Origin: an uncultured Candidatus Saccharibacteria bacterium
GTDB taxonomy: Bacteria > Patescibacteriota > Saccharimonadia > Saccharimonadales > 2-12-FULL-41-12
Assembly: GCA_964444225.1 (NCBI GenBank)
Contig: CAYUFM010000002.1
Span: forward strand, 3,609 to 67,608
Reading direction: 5' to 3'
Length of the DNA stretch: 64,000 nucleotides
Below are positions 36,812 through 43,424 of this stretch, one piece after another. Under the pieces are notes generated by a model. It was given only the letters and a program-made list of their open reading frames with translations. It was not told the DNA's origin and ran no database searches. The position numbers and the translations under genes are program-made. Position 1 is the stretch's first letter; each line of letters begins with the position of its first letter.

Positions 36812-39800
36812 TTATCTTCTTGCAGTGGTCTGGCCATAAAGCTGGAAATAATCGAGCATTAATATATCCGTGCCAGTATTTGTTGTGAAGTTAAAGAATC
36901 CAGGCGCTAAACCTCTGCTGTCTGCAGGGTTTTTAATAGCAATCGTTACCGACGAAACAGTATATTGGTTTCCGTCGATAACAAAGATTGCAGAAGAAGT
37001 TCCTGTACCAGTAGCTGTTACCCTAACCTGTAAGCCCACCCAAGCATCCGTCGTAATAGCCACTCCACTATTTGCACAAGTCGCAGCCGTACCGTCGCCA
37101 TAACAGTAGCGCCAATTTGCGTTTGTAGCAGGATCAGCTTCCCACCAAACTCCTGCTGTAACGGCACCAGCGTATGTATCTGGTTGATTCGTAATTCCAA
37201 CTCGCGCCTTAAATCCAGTCGTCTGTTGAACGGCAACACCACTCTTCATTACCATCCCAGGAGCTAGATACACAGAACCATATGGATTTGTGCTCCCAAC
37301 TCCCAAAATCAAACCATATCCTGTGCTTGATGTCGTACCAGAACCCATAGCCCACACACCCGGATGGTCAACACTAGGATAAAGATAGTTCTGAGAACTT
37401 AATGTTAAAGCACTAGGAGTTCCCACGTATTGAACTCTCCAGTCATCACCATACTTACTACCATCGGTTGATGGATTAGACGGATCGCCATCCATGAACT
37501 CATAAGTCCAGTTGTAGCTCCTGTCTAATTGTGCCACCGAACAATCATCCCAAAATCCATCAGAGTAACATCTGTAGCCACCAGGCCCAGAACTATTATA
37601 GTAAGTTCCTCCATTTACACCAGTTGGGTCACCGGAGGTATTTTTGGTATCTAGCACCAAGAGAACACCAGTGCCATCGGCTGTTGCACTACCTATTTGA
37701 ACTCGTAAATTAGTGGAGTCGACAACGAGAACACTTGCAGCACTAGCATTTTGTACCTGGAAGGCAGTTGTAGAATTTGTCTGATTTTTGAACGTAGTCG
37801 CTCCACCATCCGCAATAGTCAACACATCTGTCGCCGTTGCTGTAGTGTCTCTGACCCTTAATAAGTTACCCGTTCCAGCAGATTGAATATCCAAGCCACC
37901 AGTTGCACCAGTAGACAATTGATCTATGGTTGCTACATAACTACTGTCCGTTCCGCCAGAGGCCGGGTTACGGAATATAAGGGAGTCATCTGCAGAACTA
38001 AGAGCAATAATACTATCACTACCATCGGCGTCTCCATCATAAGCACTTTGCAGAGTTGATGATCCTCCACCACTATTACAATCTGCCCACGCCCCGTTTT
38101 CATAACATCTAAATTTATTAAGATTAGAGTTATAGTACATAGCTCCATTTACTCCTGTTGGATCGCCTGCAGTATTTTTAGTGTCAAGCACAAAAGCAAC
38201 GCCTGTTGCATCGGCTGTGCTCTCACCGATCCTTATACGGCTATTTGTTGTATCTACAGAGAACAAATCAGCTCCAGCTGATTCTTCTATCAAAAATCCT
38301 GACGTAGAGTTGGTGGTATTCTTAAATGTTGTTCCGCCATCACTACCCACACCTAGAGGATAAGATCCGCCAGAAGAATTATTCCATAGATAAAAACCGC
38401 CACTTCCTCTAGGTCCAGTATTATCGACACCGATTCCCCATTTATAGCTAGTGGCCTGGAATAATTTAAGCTCCGAGTTAGCATAACCAGCAGAACCACC
38501 TATAGATACATAGGCATAGCTCGCATCAGAAGTATCAACCGATAACACCTTATTGCCAGCTGCACTTTGAACCTGGAAAACATTCGCCGAGTTTGTGGTT
38601 GGCTGTACAATAACGCTCCCTGCCGTGCCTGAACCAGTCGCAGAACCACTGGTAAGGTATAAGCTGCCTCCGTTATTATTACCTGAACCACCTGCGTTAC
38701 CACCATAGATTCTAACCGCACCACCAGCCGAACCAGTTGTTGTGGTAGCTCCAGCGCCACCTTTAATCGACAAAGTTGCCCCAGCCGTACCTGCCGTACT
38801 AGAACCAGTAGCATTAAGTGTAAATGAGTTAGGCGTCCCTGCTGTACCAGCTGCGTTAGCTGCATTACCATAATAAACATCGCCTGTTGATGTAGAGAAA
38901 TACTGGACGCCAGTTCCGTTGATCATAAATTGTAGAGCGTTATTGTCTGATGTTCCCAGTAAGGCTTTTGTGCCAAAGCTATTGCCTCCCTGCAAGAAAG
39001 CTGCCCCGCTACCAGCAGAAGTCCACTTAACCCCATCCCAGATTAGGCTAAGTGATGTACCAGCTAGTACTGTGAAGGTTGAACCACCGCTAGGTGTTAG
39101 GCTAAAGCTAGCACTACCAACGTTTGTTAGATAAAGGAATCTACCTGAAGTAGTTACGGTTGGAGCTGGTACTGTAAGGGTTTGACTGCCGGTAGTTTGG
39201 TTAACCGTTATATATGTATATATGTCTACGGTTGTAGCTGCTGAACCTATTGAACCACCAGTAGCAAAGTTAGTTAGGGCTAAAGCTGTGTTTCTAGTAG
39301 CACCGTTGTTAACTAGCAGGCCACTGCCAGCTGATGCACCGAGGACTGTACTAGCACTGTTGATGGTGGTAGTACCGGAACCGGTGAGACCTAGGCTTAG
39401 GTTGGAGCCAGTAGTATCTACGTTTAGTAAGGTACTGCCTGAGGCATTCTGGACATTAAGAGCTGTAGTAGAGTTAGTTGAAGTCCTAATACCAACAGAA
39501 CCAGTGCCAGTTACATAGAAAGCTCGGTTATGAATCCTGTAAGCCTGAGAAGCATTGGTTGAGCTAGCAGACAATGTCATATGTGTAGCATCCGTGAAGC
39601 CAGTTATTGTGTACTTATTGCCGTTAGCAAAGATGAACTCATTACCTACCATGTCAGCTGTCCAGGTTGTACCAGAACCTACGACAGTAGCTGAAGCTGA
39701 TGTTTCTGCTGTACCTGTGTCATATATATCTGGAGAAATACTGAATAGATCAGTTGGTGCAGTTGTACCGATACCAATCTTAGTGGTAGATGCTCCTGAA

Positions 39801-42409
39801 CCTGAGCGACCAAGGATAATGCTGTCACTTTGTTGGACCTGTGAGTAAGCACCGATTGCTGAGGCGTTTTGTAGGTTATTAAGAGTAGCAAAGCCAGCGT
39901 CAGTGTAGCCTGCGTTGTAGCCTAGGGCTGTGTTGTAAGAACCAGTACCATTAGATCTGAGAGAATTAAAGCCTAGCCCCAAATTATAAGCACCTGTTGA
40001 TGTTGAATTCAATGAGTTTGATCCAAGTCCAACATTACCACTACCCCTAGCACTATTGGCAGAACCATAACCAATGCCTATGTTGTCGGAACCAGAAATG
40101 TTAGTGGACAGAGCATAAGTTCCTATAGCGATATTCTTTGAGCCTGTTCCGTTGTTTAGGAGCGCATCAACACCTAATGCAGTATTGTATGTACCGGTAG
40201 TGTTGGCCTGCAATGCATTTCTACCAATAGCGTTGTTATAGTAGCCAGTGCTGTTATACCCAAGCGAATTATAGCCAATAGCTGTGTTGTAGAAACCTGA
40301 TGTGTTGTTTGTGAGTGCTCCGGAGCCGATAGCAGTGTTGTCATCACCAGTAGTGTTGGCCTGTAGAGCATAGGCACCCAATGCTGTATTATTTATTGCA
40401 CCCGATTTACTAGAACTTCCACTTCCTAGTCCTATATATGTATTATTAGCTCCTGAACCACCAGACCTTATCTCTATTGCACTCGTATCATCCGAATTTT
40501 TTACTACTATCACTGATTTCGCAGGAGTAATTTCTACGACAGATACACTATCTATGGTACCGTCGTAGTTTAAACCTGGAGTAAATATCAGGGGATCTGT
40601 ATTCGTAGCCGTTACAACAGCTTCGTAATAATCACTACCTGTGGCGGTTAAATAAGGATAAGTTGCCCCACCTATTGAAAGAGTTAAAAAGTTATTACTA
40701 GACGTATTACCGGAATAATTAAAAGCTAATTTATAAGTCTTGCCCGCTGTGACGGTTAAGTTGCTTGAGGTTGTTTGGCAGGCTGTAGTATTGCCAGTGT
40801 TATGAGTAGCATTGGTAGCTGATGTTGTCCAGCCGGAGCATGTCCAATAAGTAGCGTTATTGAATGCTTGGCTAGCAATAAGTTCTGAACCTTCTACCGC
40901 ATAGCTACTAATGCCCCGGACTGATAATTGACTATTGGTTGTGTCTACGTTTAACACTGATGTGCCTGAAGCACTCTGTATTTGGAAGGCGGTGGTGGAG
41001 TCTGTTTGGTTTTTTAGAGTCGTTGCTCCGCCATCTGCAATATTAAACACGTCACTTGATGTTGTAGTAGTATCGGTAACTTTAAGCAATGATCCTGTAC
41101 CTGATGAAGAGATAAGTAAACCACCTGTTGCTCCAGTACTCAATTGATCTATGGTCATTACGTAACTAGAGTCAGTACCACCAGAGGCAGGATTACGGAA
41201 GATAATTGAATCATCGGCAGATGTTAAAGCTATGATACTGTCGCTTCCATCAGCATCAGTGTCATAAGCTGTCTGCAAATCAGTAGCTCCTCCAGCGCTA
41301 CCAATACAGTCTGTCCAGGCACTATCTTGATAACACCTGAACTTGTTGTCAAAGGTGTTGTAATACATGTAGCCTTCTGCGCCACCAGCGGGATCACCGG
41401 TTGTAGACTTAACATCTAGAGCTAAGTAATCTGGTATTGCGCTACCGGCTCCACCAGCTCCAATTTGGATAACGCCAATTGTCGAGGCTCCTTGTGCCTG
41501 CAATATGATGTTCCCGGATCCGGATGTAATCATCGTAGAGGTGCCTGAAGTTAAAGTAGTAGCGGTAGTAGAGTTCAAAGCTAAAGTTGTGCCAGCCTGG
41601 ATTGTGGTCGTCTGCGTGCCAGATGACCGACCGATAGTTATTGCTGAAGTATTTACAGTACCGATAGAAATCGTACCGGTAGTTCCCGTAGCAGTCCCTA
41701 CATCCAGAGAAATATTGCCCGAGTTACTTGTAGCACCAGTGGCATTACCAGACTGGATAGTTATGCTCGATGAGTTAGTGGATGCTGAGCTCGTGTTGTT
41801 GGTAGTTACGTTGTTAGCACTTTCGGCCTTAAACGCATAAGGCACAGCCGTTAGCTTAGTCCTAGTGCTAGATGGGCCTAGCATTTCTCCGTCGTAGGTT
41901 GGTGTGGCTGTTTGAGCTGAACCTCCTACGTTCATGGTAAGCCAGAGTTCTTGATCCCAGTTGATAGTTCCGGGGAATGATGTTTGTGAACCTAGGTTGA
42001 CTGAGAAGTAGCCATTGACTACTCTGACTCGGTTATCATTACCAGCTGTTCCACCGTTACTGTCGTAGTGGCTTTCTGTCCAGAGGTTAGTGCCGGCATT
42101 AGCTTGGCCTGTGCCCCCTGGGCCACCATCGGTTCCACCGTCGTAGAGTTTGAACTGTAGGTTGTAATAACCGTCAGGAACAAGGTTACCAGAAGAGCTC
42201 AGCAATCGACCTTGGAAGTTTAGAGTCGAGGAAGTAGCGGCGTAGGTTTTTTGGCTAGCGGTGATCGTGCGCGTATATGTATATACAAACATACTAAACA
42301 AAAAAATAATAATAAAAACAAAACTAACCCTACCCTTTTTAACAAAAAGGGTGTCCCTAGCGGTGCTAAACTTGGCTTGTTGCCAAAGACTGCCTGTCGG
42401 CCGTATCAT
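36812..42409 (-). CDS. giant (1865 aa) N-terminally anchored fibre/adhesin-like surface protein, paralog of the 1651-aa protein
   Basis: One uninterrupted ORF with the anchor VSFVFIIIFLFSMFV followed by YTYTRT. It shares these modules with the 1651-aa protein: TLNFQGRLL..SG.LVPDGYYN.QF.LY, ITIQSGNATG.TSNSG, GSGNIILQ.QG.STIGVIQ, LALDVKSTTGDPAGGAEGYMYYNTFDNKFRCYQ.SAWTDC, and TNFA.GGSIG.AATTVDIYT. Confidence 0.8.
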   Translation of the reverse strand: MIRPTGSLWQQAKFSTARDTLFVKKGRVSFVFIIIFLFSMFVYTYTRTITASQKTYAATSSTLNFQGRLLSSSGNLVPDGYYNLQFKLYDGGTDGGPGGTGQANAGTNLWTESHYDSNGGTAGNDNRVRVVNGYFSVNLGSQTSFPGTINWDQELWLTMNVGGSAQTATPTYDGEMLGPSSTRTKLTAVPYAFKAESANNVTTNNTSSASTNSSSITIQSGNATGATSNSGNISLDVGTATGTTGTISIGTVNTSAITIGRSSGTQTTTIQAGTTLALNSTTATTLTSGTSTMITSGSGNIILQAQGASTIGVIQIGAGGAGSAIPDYLALDVKSTTGDPAGGAEGYMYYNTFDNKFRCYQDSAWTDCIGSAGGATDLQTAYDTDADGSDSIIALTSADDSIIFRNPASGGTDSSYVMTIDQLSTGATGGLLISSSGTGSLLKVTDTTTTSSDVFNIADGGATTLKNQTDSTTAFQIQSASGTSVLNVDTTNSQLSVRGISSYAVEGSELIASQAFNNATYWTCSGWTTSATNATHNTGNTTACQTTSSNLTVTAGKTYKLAFNYSGNTSSNNFLTLSIGGATYPYLTATGSDYYEAVVTATNTDPLIFTPGLNYDGTIDSVSVVEITPAKSVIVVKNSDDTSAIEIRSGGSGANNTYIGLGSGSSSKSGAINNTALGAYALQANTTGDDNTAIGSGALTNNTSGFYNTAIGYNSLGYNSTGYYNNAIGRNALQANTTGTYNTALGVDALLNNGTGSKNIAIGTYALSTNISGSDNIGIGYGSANSARGSGNVGLGSNSLNSTSTGAYNLGLGFNSLRSNGTGSYNTALGYNAGYTDAGFATLNNLQNASAIGAYSQVQQSDSIILGRSGSGASTTKIGIGTTAPTDLFSISPDIYDTGTAETSASATVVGSGTTWTADMVGNEFIFANGNKYTITGFTDATHMTLSASSTNASQAYRIHNRAFYVTGTGSVGIRTSTNSTTALNVQNASGSTLLNVDTTGSNLSLGLTGSGTTTINSASTVLGASAGSGLLVNNGATRNTALALTNFATGGSIGSAATTVDIYTYITVNQTTGSQTLTVPAPTVTTSGRFLYLTNVGSASFSLTPSGGSTFTVLAGTSLSLIWDGVKWTSAGSGAAFLQGGNSFGTKALLGTSDNNALQFMINGTGVQYFSTSTGDVYYGNAANAAGTAGTPNSFTLNATGSSTAGTAGATLSIKGGAGATTTTGSAGGAVRIYGGNAGGSGNNNGGSLYLTSGSATGSGTAGSVIVQPTTNSANVFQVQSAAGNKVLSVDTSDASYAYVSIGGSAGYANSELKLFQATSYKWGIGVDNTGPRGSGGFYLWNNSSGGSYPLGVGSDGGTTFKNTTNSTSGFLIEESAGADLFSVDTTNSRIRIGESTADATGVAFVLDTKNTAGDPTGVNGAMYYNSNLNKFRCYENGAWADCNSGGGSSTLQSAYDGDADGSDSIIALSSADDSLIFRNPASGGTDSSYVATIDQLSTGATGGLDIQSAGTGNLLRVRDTTATATDVLTIADGGATTFKNQTNSTTAFQVQNASAASVLVVDSTNLRVQIGSATADGTGVLLVLDTKNTSGDPTGVNGGTYYNSSGPGGYRCYSDGFWDDCSVAQLDRSYNWTYEFMDGDPSNPSTDGSKYGDDWRVQYVGTPSALTLSSQNYLYPSVDHPGVWAMGSGTTSSTGYGLILGVGSTNPYGSVYLAPGMVMKSGVAVQQTTGFKARVGITNQPDTYAGAVTAGVWWEADPATNANWRYCYGDGTAATCANSGVAITTDAWVGLQVRVTATGTGTSSAIFVIDGNQYTVSSVTIAIKNPADSRGLAPGFFNFTTNTGTDILMLDYFQLYGQTTARR
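36815..37534 (-). other. C-terminal jelly-roll/lectin-like domain of the 1865-aa protein (inferred)
   Basis: Residues 1626-1865 (...GVWWEADPATNANWRYCYGDG...AWVGLQVRVTATG...IFVIDGNQY...LMLDYFQLYG) have alternating beta-strand character. The same pattern recurs in the partial protein at 63371-64000 (...GIYFTNASD..ANWFATTDNG...AYALLMIKV...KFYIDADV...LGIDFYRVW). Confidence 0.4.
37541..37660 (-). repeat. third copy of the Cys-pair module (LVLDTKNTSGDPTGVNGGTYYNSSGPGGYRCYSDGFWDDC)
   Basis: Residues 1584-1623 of the 1865-aa protein. Confidence 0.7.
37694..38194 (-). repeat. internal ~167-aa duplication, copy 2 (aa 1406-1572)
   Basis: FVLDTKNTAGDPTGVNGAMYYNSNLNKFRCYENGAWADC...LQSAYDGDADGSDSIIALSSADDSLIFRNPASGGTDSSYVATIDQLSTGATGG...TIADGGATTFKNQTNSTTAFQVQNASAASVLVVDSTN aligns residue for residue with copy 1. 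Confidence 0.8.
39812..40447 (-). repeat. array of ~14-15-residue repeats (NTAIG.xAL.xNTTG type), like trimeric-adhesin heads and tail fibres
   Basis: Residues ~655-866: NNTALGAYALQANTTGDDNTAIGSGALTNNTSGFYNTAIGYNSLGYNSTGYYNNAIGRNALQANTTGTYNTALGVDALLNNGTGSKNIAIGTYALSTNISGSDNIGIGYGSANSARGSGNVGLGSNSLNSTSTGAYNLGLGFNSLRSNGTGSYNTALGYNAGY. Confidence 0.7.
40916..41425 (-). repeat. internal ~170-aa duplication, copy 1 (aa 329-498)
   Basis: LALDVKSTTGDPAGGAEGYMYYNTFDNKFRCYQDSAWTDC...LQTAYDTDADGSDSIIALTSADDSIIFRNPASGGTDSSYVMTIDQLSTGATGG...NIADGGATTLKNQTDSTTAFQIQSASGTSVLNVDTTN. Confidence 0.8.
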
Positions 42410-42432
42410 GGTAGTTTTTTTATTTTTCTTTG

Positions 42433-42443
42433 TTTAGGTCTTT
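42433..42443 (-). promoter_or_regulatory. AAAGACCTAAA leader motif, copy upstream of the 1865-aa gene
   Basis: The exact 11-mer lies 23 nt upstream of the ATG and is followed by an A-rich tract with no GGAG-type RBS. Confidence 0.6.
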
Positions 42444-42621
42444 ATTTTCTTAACCTTACTTAGGAATTATACTTCTGTATAGTAAAAAATCAATCTAATT
42501 GAACACTAAAATGTGCCTATTTTTCCACAGAAAATTAATACTTTTCGTAATCTATCCCCCATTAACCCATGTTAGTGAATAAAAATATTATACTACTGGT
42601 ATTATACGGCTAGTCTTAGAT

Positions 42622-42650
42622 AATAGAAAAACCCTTTGCTATAAAGGGTT
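42622..42650 (-). terminator. intrinsic terminator after rplU
   Basis: On the minus strand, an AACCCTTT-ATAGC-AAAGGGTT hairpin is followed by TTTCTATT. It starts 18 nt after the rplU stop. Confidence 0.6.
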
Positions 42651-42667
42651 AACCTGAGTGCTAGACT

Positions 42668-42976
42668 TTATTTAATAGAATCTATTTTTATAGTTGTAAG
42701 TCTCTGTCGATGACCACGTACAGTGTGTACACGTTTTTTGGCCTTATACCTAATAGATGTTACTTTGTCTTGCTGTGAGTCCTCTGTCAACACAGTAGCA
42801 GAGACCTTTGCCCCAGTTACTGTAGGATCTCCAACTATTGTCTTGCCATCATCTATGACTAAAAGAGCATCAAAAGTAGTTTTATTTTTCTCAACCTTTA
42901 TAAGCTCGATATCCAAAGTTTCGCCTTCAGATACAAGATATTGCTTTCCGCCCGTAGCGATAACTGCTTTTTTCAT
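42668..42976 (-). CDS. rplU: 50S ribosomal protein L21
   Basis: A 102-aa ORF with MKKAVIATGGKQYLVSEGETL...KV.S.RYKAKK......GHRQ..T. Confidence 0.95.
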   Translation of the reverse strand: MKKAVIATGGKQYLVSEGETLDIELIKVEKNKTTFDALLVIDDGKTIVGDPTVTGAKVSATVLTEDSQQDKVTSIRYKAKKRVHTVRGHRQRLTTIKIDSIK

Positions 42977-43030
42977 TATTTTCCTTACACTTGGTAATTA
43001 AACTTACCAGTTATTACTGTATTTATAACT

Positions 43031-43059
43031 ATACTAACAGATGTGAGATCATCTGTAAA
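43031..43059 (-). promoter_or_regulatory. putative rplU promoter with a hairpin-forming spacer
   Basis: On the minus strand, TTTACA (43059-43054), a 17-nt spacer, then TAGTAT (43036-43031). The spacer contains the inverted repeat ACAGATG/CATCTGT. Confidence 0.4.
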
Positions 43060-43069
43060 GAACTAAGAA

Positions 43070-43333
43070 TTACTGATGTGTATAGTATGAAACTTCATTA
43101 ACTAAAGGCATTGTACTACCGCCCCAGTCTCTGACGAGCTGTCCGTCGTTTTGTAATGCCAAGACAGCTGGATAGCTCATAACATCGTAAAGTGATGCTG
43201 TAGATGCACCATCTCTTGTGTCAACATTAACTAACTCAACCTTGCCACCACTTGTTTTTTCCAAAGTGGTGGCAAACTCCTCGACAGATCTAGCATGTTC
43301 AGAACTCGGCCTATATAAAACCACAACCTTCAT
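43070..43333 (-). CDS. small thioredoxin/glutaredoxin-fold-like protein lacking the CxxC motif
   Basis: I took the 87-aa product from the Met at 43333 (MKVVVLYRPSSEHARSVEEF...VNVDTRDG....YDVMSYPAVLAL.NDGQLV..W.G). It has a beta-alpha-beta layout like NrdH/Grx, but Ser/His sit where the redox cysteines would be. The longer ORF-track version overlaps nrdJ. Confidence 0.4.
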   Translation of the reverse strand: MKVVVLYRPSSEHARSVEEFATTLEKTSGGKVELVNVDTRDGASTASLYDVMSYPAVLALQNDGQLVRDWGGSTMPLVNEVSYYTHQ

Positions 43334-43424
43334 GCTAATAGTATACCGGAATTTGTAGGTAGTAGATAGGGTTTTGAGCTCTCCTGCCGCAAGACATAGT
43401 CTAAAATGTGCCAAAATTGCCGTT

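Noticed and set aside
30905-42409. A prophage or phage remnant, considered because of the S74 domain and the tail-fibre-like repeats.
   Set aside because: There is no integrase, terminase, capsid, portal, baseplate or lysis gene anywhere in the 64 kb. The flanks are parAB and rplU, with no att-like direct repeats that I could see. Both proteins carry N-terminal membrane anchors, which does not fit virion components.
31131-42463. Many plus-strand ORFs of 60-133 aa inside the giant genes, for example 35100-35501, 41505-41840, 33765-34100 and 39222-39518. They give V/P/A/L-rich translations.
   Set aside because: They are antisense shadows of the T/G/S/A/N-rich minus-strand reading frames, whose codons seldom produce stops on the opposite strand. 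They have no RBS and no recognisable motifs, and each lies wholly inside a much longer coherent ORF.
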